64,000 bases of DNA from positions 21,142,001 to 21,206,000 of the forward strand of contig OZ024746.1 of assembly GCA_964016885.1 (NCBI GenBank), given 5' to 3'. A model generated the notes under the pieces. It searched no databases. It saw nothing but the letters and a program-made list of their open reading frames with translations, and was not told the DNA's origin. Both the position numbers and the translations under genes were made by a program. Source of the stretch: Eledone cirrhosa. Its lineage: Eukaryota. Of the stretch, positions 1 to 12,704 are shown one piece after another. Position 1 is the stretch's first letter, and each line of letters starts with the position of its first letter.

Positions 1-1643
1 AAATATATTTGATTATATGTTAGCTTAATCAAGATTGATCTAAGGTCAAAATGTACTATCTTTGACATTTATACAGTTTCAGTATTTTGATCATCCCCTG
101 GAATAGCAGCTAGGTTAACACTACATCTAAAAAGTTGTTTCAAGGAACATTAAACCTAATTGTTAAAGTTTCTGTTATATGTATTCTTATATATTCCGTT
201 TCTTCTATGTTCCTCTAGGATACTAGAGGAACATACTAAACTGAAAATGATTTATTAGAAATTAGAGATTACTGCTTTTGTTGTTTAATCGAAGGTGACC
301 CTAATCGAAAGAACATATAATCAAAAGGGCTTTAGCATTTTTATGAGCAAAATCTGATTTCATGAAAATATTTACTCTGTTAGCTACTGTCTCTTCATTG
401 AAGAACAGCGTTTTTAGATCAAAGTAGCCATTTATTCTGATGTTTAGTACAGTACTACTTCATACGAAGTAAAGATACTGTCAAAGATATTTCTTAATTA
501 TTGGGTTGACGTAATATATATAATATGCTAGTTCAAGATTGCAGGCTACAATTTGAAGCTGCTGTATCTTGACCTAACAACCAGGCTTTACATTGGAACA
601 AAATCATATCTTTTATAGACGCCAAGAAATGATATGACGTACACAACTTTCTCAAAATTACTATCTAAATAACAGCACCCTGCTCCCATGGGAACCTATT
701 TTTCATGATAGTATAGCTTAAAGTAATACTACTCCTATAAATAATTCGACGTTTGTTGACATCATAATGAATAGCTACAAGGATTAAGAATTTCTATCAG
801 CTCTTATAATGAAGTAAATAATATAATTTTTAAAAAAGAAAATATGAATAAATGATCTAAGATAAAACAATACAAATTATAACGACAGAATTTGACTTTT
901 TCTGTATCGAAGACATTTCTCTCTGTGATGAAAAGAAAATTAGTTAGAATGAAAATGTTATCATTATTCAAACTAAAGTATTCATCTGATAAAAGAGAAC
1001 ATAAAATTACTGTAAAAATTCTAAATAGCCGCCATGTTCGACTGTTCAGGGGATGCCTCAGGTGTATTTAAATCTTCGACATTTAATTAGTTTTCTCACG
1101 AGTAGAGTTTGCTGAGAAATTACAAAAAAAATATATGCATAACTGTGGGGCATTCTATTAACTAACCACATTTAGGTTTTATATTTTAATAGTAGACATT
1201 TTGTCTTTGGTTTTTAAAATTCACAGAGAAATATTGCACAATTAATGTGACTCCGATGTAACATTTAATTCATATGAATGTTATTTTCAGAAAACGTTCA
1301 ACAGTTGAATAGAAAAATAAAGATGTTGTCCCTCATTACAAAACCAACAGAATCACTACTTCACTACTTCGAGAATAACGAGAATATCGGCGTCAATAAT
1401 TAAGTAGATATAATCGCACTGAAGTTAAGATTTCAATTCGGATACCAGTTATTGCGAATTTTACAGAAAACGTGAAAGAATATAACTTCATATATGTAAT
1501 ATTCCGATAATCATATAGCCCTTATATAAGTTTTATGGGTAAAATTAAAGAAACAACACCATAAAACGGATCTTAATATCGATCATAAAATGTTCCGTCA
1601 CTTCAACTAAATTTGAAATGTGATTTGATCTGTTAAGCATTCA

Positions 1644-1761
1644 TATATATATTTATATATATATATATATTTGTTTATTTCTTTTTATGTTTTGCTGTCT
1701 GCTTTGCTGTCTGTCTGTCTGTCTGTCTCTCTGTCTCTCTGTATGTATGTATGTATGTATG

Positions 1762-1790
<29 letters not shown>
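1644..1790. repeat. Compound microsatellite (TA)n/(CTGT)n/(TATG)n
   Basis: Direct tandem repeats. Confidence 0.95.
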
Positions 1791-1792
<2 letters not shown>

Positions 1793-2349
1793 TTTTGAGA
1801 ATATTTTTGACCGGTGGCAAGTATGTAAAGAAAAAGAAATTTCCGTCCGTTTTGCAATCGGTTATCATTTGAAACTTAAATATGTTTTACAGATTTCTTA
1901 AAGAATGGAGCGTCATAAAATGGAACAAACTCTATAGAGAGAAAGGCAGGAAAATCATCTGTGCAACCATAAAATCCTCCAGATTATATTGTCAAAGGAG
2001 TCTTTACTGAATCAAAACCTGAATTACTGATTGTTGAACCTAAAGGTCCCCCAAAACATATCTTTTCTACAGCCACACTATATATTAACATTAAATTGAT
2101 AATAACGAAATTCTAGACACATTGCTAAAGTAAATGTTTTCTACGGTTCAATAGGCGCACACGACACCTCTAACGTTTAACTTAAGCTAGCTAATAGCTG
2201 AATTAATGATACATGTCCATTGAATGGGTCTCACAATTTGAATGAATGAATGAATGGATTTCAGTGTGTGTACAAGAGAACGTATATATGGGCGTGTACT
2301 GAGATTGATATATCGTGGTCTTTATGAACACATGTAAGTAGGGGTGGGA

Positions 2350-2350
2350 G

Positions 2351-2438
<88 letters not shown>

Positions 2439-2633
2439 GAGAGAGAATATACATACGTACATATCTGTATAGATGTATGTGTGTATGTGTGCTTAACAGG
2501 TCGATACACATTAAATATTTTTCATATGTAAACGAAACTTGCTCGTTTTTCTATTATATATAAATATATTTATGTGTATGTGTGTGTATGTGTGTGGTTC
2601 TCTATGTTATCTCTGTCTCTCTCTCTTCTCTCC

Positions 2634-2669
<36 letters not shown>

Positions 2670-2671
2670 TG

Positions 2672-2714
<43 letters not shown>

Positions 2715-2750
2715 ATATATATGTATATATTTATATATATGTGTGTTTGT
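2350..2750. repeat. Compound (TG)n/(TA)n microsatellites
   Basis: Direct tandem repeats. Confidence 0.95.
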
Positions 2751-3062
2751 GTATCACTATATGTGGGTATAAAAATACGTACTGATTATATATATTCTAC
2801 GTATTTGTCGAATATATACCTAGTTCCCTGCTTTTCAATATAAATTTGTGTATGTATATTTGTGTGACTATACGTACAGGGTGAGTAGCGCATCCAAAAC
2901 TGATTTACTTCCTTCAGACAACTTATAGTATCTGACTTATATATTAAGAAGTTGATAGGGACTGAACTAAATTATGAGTAAAATGACCTGACTATAATCT
3001 TATTTATGATCTCAACAACAACAAAAACAACAACAGAAACAACAACAACAACAATAATAATA

Positions 3063-3494
3063 ATTGTTTCTACATTTGGCACAAGGCCACCAATTACTCA
3101 GTGCATTACTGGTACTTTATTTTATCGACCCCGTAAGGATGAAAGGCAAAGTTAACCTCGGTGGGATTTGAAATCAGAATGGCAAGGGCCGTAACTCTAT
3201 ATGTCAAAGCATGGCGTCCGACCCTCTACCGATACTGCCAATCCACCCCTCTTAATAATAATAATAATAATGGTTTCTTATATAGGCGCAAGGCCAGTAA
3301 TTTGGGGGGGGGAGAGGAAAGTCGATTAAATCGACCCAGTGCGTGACTGGTACTTTATTTTATTTTATCGACCCCATAAGGATGAAAGGCAAAGTTAACC
3401 TCGGCGGGATTTGAGCTCAGATCATAAAGATCCGTAACTCTATACTGCAAAGCATAGCGTCCGACCCTCTACCGATATTGCCAATCCACCGCCC

Positions 3495-3498
<4 letters not shown>
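3063..3498 (-). mobile_element. Two adjacent tRNA-derived SINEs, family M (short and long variant), followed by (AAT)n
   Basis: Minus strand: A-box TGGCAGTATCGG, B-box-like GTTCAAATCC variants, central GCCTTTCATCCTTACGGGGTCGATAAAATAAAGTACCAG (resembles a Meta-type SINE domain, inference), tail ending GAAACAATT; >20 copies in window. Confidence 0.9.
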
Positions 3499-3556
<58 letters not shown>

Positions 3557-4147
3557 CGCTGCTAGTTTCTGACATACTGTACTCTGAGAAGTTGTTACAA
3601 TAAATCATGTATTCGTGAAACCAATTAAAATATCTTTATACGCGAGTAGCGTTCATCATAGATTAAAGTGACAATGGTCGTAATCACTTTTGAGTTTGTC
3701 AATTTGAATCTGCTTTATAAAAGGTATTGCCTGACATTTCCACCTATCACGGGATATACCCCATTAAGTCGTCATAAATTCTCATATTGTGAACAACATT
3801 CGAAAGGAGTTATAATGTATGACATAGAATAAAGAGAATATGTTCGTAACATTTAATAAAAGCGAAAGATATCACTTTTACTGTGGCTGCTAATGCTTTT
3901 GCAACTGCATTTGCTGTTCACGCGGTCACTATAGATTATATAATAAAAGGCTTTCTAACATATATGCAAGCCCTCAACAGTCATAGGAGAGGTCAAGTAG
4001 GATTGTGGGTCAATTAATCCATTATGACTGATGTATTTATGAAATTGTAACGTTTCCTTTTTTGAGGAAATGAATAACCATTAGCAAAGGAAATGAATTT
4101 GTATTGTCCCAAGAGAAACATAGCTGTTCTCATTACTGCTAACCTAT

Positions 4148-4400
4148 GAAAGCGCATGGCTTAGTGATAAGAAAGTTGGATTCGCAATCGTGAACTTGTG
4201 AGTTCAATTTCCGGGCTGAGTGATGCGTTGTGTCCTTGAGTAAGACATTTTATTACGCGCTGCTTTTTCTGCCAGGAGTTACGACCAATAGATAATATCA
4301 GCAATTGGAAATATAAATGGAAACATTGCTTCCTTTGTCCGATTTGAGGTGTTACACCCTATTCGAGTAAGTCTGGGATCTTATCGATTCGGATATTAAT
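4148..4400 (+). mobile_element. CORE-type tRNA-derived SINE, tail type 1
   Basis: GCGCATGGCTTAGTG A-box, GAGTTCAATT B-box, GTGTCCTTGAGTAAGACA CORE-like motif; similar to 6490-6705. Confidence 0.85.
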
Positions 4401-4596
4401 AGAATGGCATGAATTCATAAAATCAAAACAACCGGTAACTCTTCGTAGCTAGATTAGTACTTGCGTGCAAGATTACTATGGTCAACACATTCTTCTTCAG
4501 TTCTATAGCAACGACAGACAAATTATGCAAATAGTGAATGAAGAAATATAAATCAATTATGTCGCAGATATGGTTTAATAGAAATATCCCAACCGA

Positions 4597-4985
4597 GGTG
4601 GGTGGCTTAGGGGTAGAGTGTTGGACGTACGATCATAATGTCGTGGGTTTGATTACTGGACTGGGTTGTGTGTTGTGTGTGTTTTTGAGCAAAACACTTC
4701 ATTTCGCATTGCTCTAGTATACTCAGCTGAATATGAGTCCCTTTTGTTTAACCCTGCAAAGGGCTGTTGTCATGTCCAAGGGGAAGTTTGTACTCTCAGT
4801 GGCTTTATGCCACAGAAACTAGGATAAGTACTGGCCTGACGAGCCTCCGGGTTTGAAACAGACTTTAACCCTACGATGGACTGTCATCCTGTCCAAGGGG
4901 AAATCTCGTACTCCCAGTTTCTTCCCGCCACAAAACCTAGGATCAGCATCGGTCTGATGAGCATCTGGGCACAAGACAAACTTTA
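4597..4985 (+). mobile_element. CORE-type SINE with tandemly duplicated ~118-bp tail
   Basis: tRNA-like head, TTGAGCAAAACACTT core, two diverged copies of AACCCT..CCTGTCCAAGGGG..CTGAYGAGC..ACTTT. Confidence 0.8.
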
Positions 4986-5281
4986 GACATTTGTAGCTTT
5001 CGGAACAAATCTCAGCCCAGCGAATTTGTATTTAATTTTTTTAAGCTCCGCTGGTGCGTTCGAGTAATCTTAGCGAATATGTGGTGTTGATGTGATTAAA
5101 CGAGGTAAAAACGGAAGTGGTTTCCTATTTCACTTTTCTAAAGCCACAGGAAGACGTAAGCTTGGCATGTGAAGCTAACAAAGCATCAGTCGATGTGAAT
5201 GTATTGCTGGTATTAATAATTTTTAATATGATGGAACATGTTATCTAAGTAAACCTAGGCGATTCCGCTATAAAAATGTTA

Positions 5282-5463
5282 ATTGTTTCTACTTTTGACT
5301 CAAGGCCAGCAATTACCCAGTACATTACTGGTACTTTATTTTATCGACCCCGTAAGGATGCAAGGCAAAGTTAAACTCGGCGGGATTTGAACTCAGAATG
5401 GCAAGGGCCGTAACTATGCGTCAAAGCATGGCGTCCGATCCTCTACCGATACTGCCAATCCAC
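5282..5463 (-). mobile_element. SINE family M (short variant) with target-site duplication
   Basis: Family match; CTATAAAAATGTTAAT flanks both sides. Confidence 0.92.
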
Positions 5464-5877
5464 TATAAAAATGTTAATGGTGTAATTATAGAAACAATAT
5501 TGTAATAAGAAATCCTAATATTTTAGCTGACCGTGCAGCAATGTCAATCAAACAGCCGCCCTTACTACAGCAGGGAAACAGAAGTACTTTCACCTCTACA
5601 GAACTGTTTAAACTCGCGACCTTTTATTATATCTGATAGACTTGAGGGCAGTGGATTGACAATTTCGGTAGAGCGCCGGATAACATTTTTTGCGGTATAT
5701 AGATATAAAATAGGGTGAAAACCCTTAAAGGTGGAAAAAGAAGTTGCTATCGGCCACTATGAGGACTCGAACCACCATATACCCCAGATAACAGCGAGGT
5801 ACAAGGGATCAGCTCTCTCTCTATATATATATGTCTATATACATGTATGTGTGTGTGTGTATGTGTGTGTATGTGTG

Positions 5878-5998
<121 letters not shown>

Positions 5999-6489
5999 AC
6001 CAACTCATAATATTATAATATTATAACATTAAATCATACATTTTTTGACACTACAAGTGAAGTCATGCTTTTCCTTTTTTTCATATATACCTAACTGTAC
6101 TAAGGTTCTCACACATTTTCCAATATATATATATATATATATACAAAGAATCAGTCAGCCAGTAGGATAATTCGAATGAGTTTTCTAGTTACTGTGGTAA
6201 CAAAGCAATTATAATATTCATTGATAAATTAGCTGAAACACTTCTGTAAAGTTATATTTAATTTGTGCGTTAATTTGTTACTGAAGTATGTGTAACTGAA
6301 TACGCAATAGAGATAAATAAAAAAAGGCAGACAGATTAATATAAAAAGAAAAAGAGAAAATGGTTCAGAAAAGAGAGGAAAAGAAAACTAAATATATTAG
6401 AGAGATATTACTGAGGATTATACAGAAAAGATCAAAGTAACATAAACGAAATAGAGAGAAAATAAAGATATGATATATATATATATCAG

Positions 6490-6705
6490 TGAAGGCGCGT
6501 GGCTGAGCTGAGTAGTTAGAGAATTTGATTCGCAATCGTGAGGTTGTGAGTTCGATTCCCAGACCGGGTGATGCGTTATGTCCTTGAGCAAGACACTTTA
6601 TTTCACGTTGTTCCTTCTACCTGGAGTTGCGACCGATAGATAGTATTATAAATTGTAAAGACCAATGGAAACATTGTTTCCTCGGTCCGATTTGACGAAA
6701 GTCTA
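6490..6705 (+). mobile_element. CORE-type SINE, tail type 1
   Basis: GAAGGCGCGTGGCT head, GAGTTCGATTCCC B-box, GTCCTTGAGCAAGACACTT core. Confidence 0.88.
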
Positions 6706-6766
6706 CTATATATATATATGATAATAATGATAATAATGTATATATATATATGATAATAATGATAAT

Positions 6767-6826
<60 letters not shown>

Positions 6827-7007
6827 CTGTGTCTGTGTGTATATATATATACAGTGGCGGACTGGGTCTAATATAGAATGCTAGCATTTAATTTTTATAA
6901 TGAATAACATTTTCAAAAAATACATAAGTGGAAACAAAATAGTGCAATCAAATTTTTGCGGAAAAATATCTTACCTTCTCCAATAAAAAAAAAAAATATA
7001 TATACAC

Positions 7008-7622
7008 TTTCTAGCCCTCTTAGATAGACACTTTCCCATAGGTCATAAATACCGCTCCATCTTTAACCGACACAAATTTAAACTAGGATACTCCTGCGCT
7101 AAGAACATGAAGGCCCACATCACCAACAGCCCTAAGAGCAACACCCCACCAGCGTGCTCTTGCCGTAAGCCCGAAGCTTGTCCCCTTCAACAGCAATGCA
7201 ACACACCCGCTGTAATTTATGAAGCTGTGGGTACTTCCAACCGACCAAATCAACCACAGGAAGTCAAATCCTATATGGGTATGACGGAGGGCCGATTTAA
7301 GGAACGCTTCCCGAACCACCAGTCGACCTTTAGGCACCCGGACAGACGTTCATCCACGAAACTTGCGAGCCACCTATGGTCCCTCAAGGACTCAAGTATA
7401 GACTACTCCATTCAATGGAAAGCCATCACCAAGTCCAAGCCATACGCAAGGGGAAATCCGTCGTGTGGACTATGTATTGATGAACGAATAAATATTCTAA
7501 AGAGATTATACAATAGTGATTGCCTAAACACGAGAAATGAATTCTTCACACGTTGTCCACACACCTCGAAACACCTCTTACATAACTACAAAGTGCCGGA
7601 TTGCATCACAACAACATCCTAA
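7008..7622 (+). mobile_element. Penelope-like element fragment 1: C-terminal linker and GIY-YIG endonuclease
   Basis: Open frame FLALLDRHFPIGHKYRSIFNRHKFKLGYSC..CSCRKPEACPL..VIYEA..YMGMTEGRFKERFPNH..LNTRNEFFTRCPH, typical PLE endonuclease region; 5'-truncated at a TA run. Confidence 0.9.
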
Positions 7623-7699
7623 TTTTCTTATCAACTAGAAACTTTTCGGACTTTCGCAGTTATCTCCCTTACACCTCTCGCACGCTTTTTAGTATTGCC

Positions 7700-9287
7700 T
7701 GTATGAAGTGACCAGAGCCATACGGACACCCGAAAACCACGATGAACTGAAGAAAATGATTGCACATGCGGTAGGGGCCAGCATAAAATTAACCCTTAAG
7801 GAACATATGTTCAAATTTAATGGTAAAACATTTCCAAACATCTGATCCACCGAAACTCGGCCATTTCGGACCATACCAAAATCAACATACTGATTGTGGA
7901 TTTGGTACGGGTGATGAGAAATGTGTCCCGCATGTGCAACCCCGAAGAACTAGAGAGACACATACAACACTTCATCCACCGTATGCAGTTCTCTGGCTAC
8001 AATCAGAGAGATAGAATCAGAGTGTATAAAGGAGCCAGAACCAAATGGGAAAAAATGGTAAATAATGACATAAATGGGACCTGCCCCTTGTATAGGAGCA
8101 AATTTTGGAATAGAATAGAAAGAACTAGGAACAAGGCCAATAGAATAAACTCATGGTATGATAGCAATAAATACCAGAGTGTAATGTTCATCAATACAAC
8201 CCCTAGAAGCGAACTAGCCTACAAATTTAGAAGGGCCCTAAATAAACATAAATTCAATATTAAGATAGTAGAAAGACCAGGTACCTCCGTAAAAACACTT
8301 ATTAGCAAGACATACCCGTTCCAAAGACCCTCATGTATAGATAAGAAATGTATAACCTGTAAAATAAGCCCCCATATTAACTGTAAAACTAGAAATGTAG
8401 TGTATAGCATAAGATGTACTGAAGGACAATGTAGAAACAAAAATATAGTGTACATAGGTGAGACAGCTCGTAGTATAGGGGAACGAATAAATGAACACTG
8501 GCGAGACCTTCAAGATAATAAAGAATCATCTGTGCTCTACCAACATGCTAAGATAGAACACAAGGGTAAATTAGAGAACATAGAAATAAAAATAGAATCC
8601 ACACACAGAAAAGATGCAATGTTTAGGCAAATTACAGAGGCAGTAAGCATAAAAGAATTACAACCAAAATTAAATAGAAAATATGGGGGGAACAGCAACA
8701 TCACAACTTACAATTAAGGACAAAATGAAAACACACACACACATAGAACAAACAACCAACCAGCAACATGTAAATAAATAAATAAATAAACAAATAGATA
8801 AATGAACACAAACACACACAGACACCCGGATGTGGCGCATGCGCAAACTGAGCACACAACACACACACAGAAACAAAATGGCGTAGGACAGAAGAAAGGA
8901 AAGGCACAGAAACAAAGAAAGGAATCCCCAGTCACTGAAGAGGTCACAGAGTGTGTGACGAAAGGACTATGACTATATATAAACAACTATCTGGTTGTGG
9001 AACCAACCAACCAACCAGAAATTTATAAGTTTGTAGATTTGTAAATTTATAAATTTATAAATATATAATAAATTGAAGTGAAAGCAACTGGTGCGTGTGT
9101 TTCTTATTGGCAACATGACCCTCCCAAAGTATAACAATATCGGTTTTAACACACGATTTCAGATAAAGAATCTTGTTAAACAAATTCAGAAACGAAATAT
9201 CGTAAGCCTTAGCCAGGCTAACAAGATACTGAAAACCACCATGTTCTGTTGTCTACGAAAAACCATAACATGACCCTCCCAAAGTAT

Positions 9288-9296
<9 letters not shown>
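7700..9296 (+). mobile_element. Penelope-like element fragment 2: RT remnant with internal deletion, thumb + GIY-YIG ORF (7836-8717), 3' UTR/pLTR
   Basis: LKEHMFKFNGKTF RT motif to 7833 joined out of frame to HLIHRNSAIS..; CKTRNVVYSIRC..YIGETARSIGERINEH GIY-YIG; hammerhead in 3' region. Confidence 0.92.
8930..8974 (+). ncRNA. Minimal type-I hammerhead ribozyme (PLE pLTR)
   Basis: AGTCA-CTGAAGA-G-GTCACA gagtg TGTGAC-GAAA-GGAC-TA-TGACT. Confidence 0.75.
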
Positions 9297-9357
<61 letters not shown>

Positions 9358-9401
9358 AAGTTAAATAAAAGTCAAATGATTAAAATTTAGCTTCGTTTAT
9401 T

Positions 9402-9456
9402 ACTGCTATATATATTTCAGTGACAGCCATCTTTGGCTGTGACCTCTTCAGGCAGT
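9402..9456 (-). ncRNA. Minimal hammerhead ribozyme in left arm of inverted repeat
   Basis: Minus: ACTGC-CTGAAGA-GGTCACAGCC aaagat GGCTGTCACT-GAAA-TATATA-TA-GCAGT. Confidence 0.8.
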
Positions 9457-9581
9457 TTGAATTAGTATGGTATAGACAAGTACATATGTTATTTAGGTGT
9501 ATGATATTGTCAATACTCTGATATGCCCAGTTCCTTGTTGGGTTGTTAATTCACTGGGGAACTGGAGTCATACTAATTCAA

Positions 9582-9636
9582 ACTGCCGGAAGAGGTCACA
9601 GCCAAAGATGGCTGTCACTGAAATATATATAGCAGT
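9582..9636 (+). ncRNA. Hammerhead copy in right arm, core mutated (CGGAAGA)
   Basis: Reverse complement of 9402-9456 except T>G in the CUGA box. Confidence 0.65.
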
Positions 9637-9849
9637 AATAAACGAAGCTAAATTTTAATCATTTGACTTTTATTTAACTTTATTTTACACTACTCCGGAG
9701 TAACCAAACCAACCTGCGCACTTCGTCGAGTGCTCCAGACTGCATACTGAGGTGTTGGTATACAACCAACATAAACTCAAAATCTCTCTATATATATATA
9801 TATATATGTATATATATTATTTGTTTGTAAAATAATCAAATTAAATTAA

Positions 9850-10420
9850 TTCAACAGTTAAACACACATAGGAATAATAAGGTTGTTACCAAAGAGCCAG
9901 AGGATTGACAAGTCGACCCTCAATATGACTAATAGTTCTAGGAAAACCATGAACGACACCACATCTTTTAAACTTTGATTTTCAAAGTAGGTTTATAATT
10001 ATTAATTTTCACTTTACTTTTGTAGCTGTCTCGGTGGCCTAGTTGGGGGAATCATAGACAGTGGTGATCCTGGCCTGAATTTCGATCCTAATCGGGAGTA
10101 GTGTTCCGGTAATCCTTTTCAGTTTTTTCTATGAGATGTAAAATATTACATGTACCTCTTGACCAGGATTGAACCGAAGACCAAGATCTCCATTGTCTCT
10201 AGCACCTACCTTCAGTCCATGAGACAACTACGAAAGTCTACTGAAAATTCATACCTATAAACCTACTTTCAAAATTTTCAAAATAAAGTGTTGTGGTGTC
10301 GTTCATGTCTTTCTTAATGTTATTGCTCCTACTTAAGGTCGACTTCTAAATCATTTGGGTGTTCCATAAACTACATCCTCGTTTTGTTTCTCATCTGTCT
10401 AGACTATATTTTAACCTGTA
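9850..10420. mobile_element. Old palindromic (fold-back/MITE-like) element with tRNA-like halves
   Basis: Inverted matches CATGAACGACACCACA/TGTGGTGTCGTTCATG, AAAGTAGGTTTATA/TATAAACCTACTTT, GTAGCTGTCTC/GAGACAACTAC. Confidence 0.65.
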
Positions 10421-10463
10421 ATCAATGTTTCATTTCTGTTGCACCTCATTTCTCCCCTCGCCC

Positions 10464-10530
<67 letters not shown>

Positions 10531-10711
10531 GTACATATATATATATATATATATACTTCACAAGGAAGATCTCACACAATGCAGCCTCGACAGATGAATA
10601 CTGCTTGATTATGGCTGACAACTGATGCAACCAAGACAGCATAGTAAAAACCAATATATAGAATATTATATTAAGTAACATTATCCCATTATTTTAATTT
10701 ATATTCCTTTG

Positions 10712-10837
10712 AAGGTCCGATGAGCCACTCTGTTTTTTAAATATGGTAATTATTTTCAACTGAACCAGATCAATTATGATATATAGTCATCTGATCCAGA
10801 AATATTATATGGAGTAGCGAAACAATTGTAAACGGAC
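10712..10837 (+). ncRNA. Degenerate hammerhead with ~95-nt stem II
   Basis: CCGATGA-GCCACTC...GAGTAGC-GAAA-CAATTG-TA. Confidence 0.5.
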
Positions 10838-11196
10838 ATTATTATGATTAATATTATTATTATTATTCTCTACATTCCTTACATCAAACTAAAATATGTT
10901 GACAATCATTTAATAATGTCTTCCTTGTGAAGTTTGTGGTCTTGTTTTGCTTAACTAATGAATATTTCCAGCTCTACGCACCTAACCTCTGCATGAACCC
11001 AGCCACCTAGCTGCTTTCTACTGCATATTGCACATTGAGCACATGCCTTTACGCTTTGGCTTCTAACTAACTCACCAATCTCTCCTCTCATATCTCCTCT
11101 ACTATCTCCATCTCTCTCTTTAAGATTGGTTACTCTTGAACTGTGTGTATATATATATAAAATATATATATATATATATATATATAAATATATAAG

Positions 11197-11255
<59 letters not shown>

Positions 11256-11289
11256 TAGAATTGTCTGGAATGTACAGTCTTCCACGCGC

Positions 11290-11482
11290 TGATGAGCCAT
11301 AAGATAACGCCATCCCACTGGCTGGGCGGGCAGGCTGGTAATCATTTCTACAGCTGAGTAAACTGGAGCAACGTGAAATAATGTCTTGCTCAAGGAAACA
11401 ACACATCACCCGGTCCGAGAATTGAACTCCCAACCTTTCGATTGCAAGCCCAATGATCTAACGACTAAGCCATGCGCCTCAC
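11290..11482 (-). mobile_element. CORE-type SINE, tail type 3
   Basis: Minus: GAGGCGCATGGCTTAGTCG head, GAGTTCAATTC, TTCCTTGAGCAAGACA core. Confidence 0.85.
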
Positions 11483-11489
11483 GTGTGTG

Positions 11490-12388
<899 letters not shown>

Positions 12389-12678
12389 GGAATCCCCAGT
12401 CACTGAAGAGGTCACAGAGTGTGTGACGAAAGGACTATGACTATATATATAAACAACTATCTGGTTGTGGAACCATCCAACCAACCAGAAATTTATAGGT
12501 TTGTAAATGTGTAAATTTGTAAATTTATAAATTTATAAATATATAATAAATTGAAGTGAAAGCAACTGGTGCGTGTGTTTCTTATTGGCAACATGACCCT
12601 CCCAAAGTATAACAATATCGGTTTCAACACACGTTTTCAGATAAAGAATCTTGCTAAACAAATTCAGAAACGAAATAT
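12389..12678 (+). mobile_element. Solo Penelope pLTR fragment, near-identical to 8921-9200, with hammerhead at 12398-12442
   Basis: GGAATCCCCAGTCACTGAAGAGGTCACAGAG...CAGAAACGAAATAT shared; flanked by (TA)n. Confidence 0.9.
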
Positions 12679-12704
12679 ATATATATGTATATATATATAT
12701 ATGC

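Noticed and set aside
4830-4985. CTGACGAG/CTGATGAG in CORE-SINE tails (also 42478 and 42598, minus) as hammerheads
   Set aside because: GAAA..UH half is not conserved across the four copies (GAAA, CAAG, GAGA, TTGA)
12569-12704. N-terminus of the 296-aa ORF as a real protein start
   Set aside because: Chance read-through of pLTR and (TA)n into the truncated RTE frame
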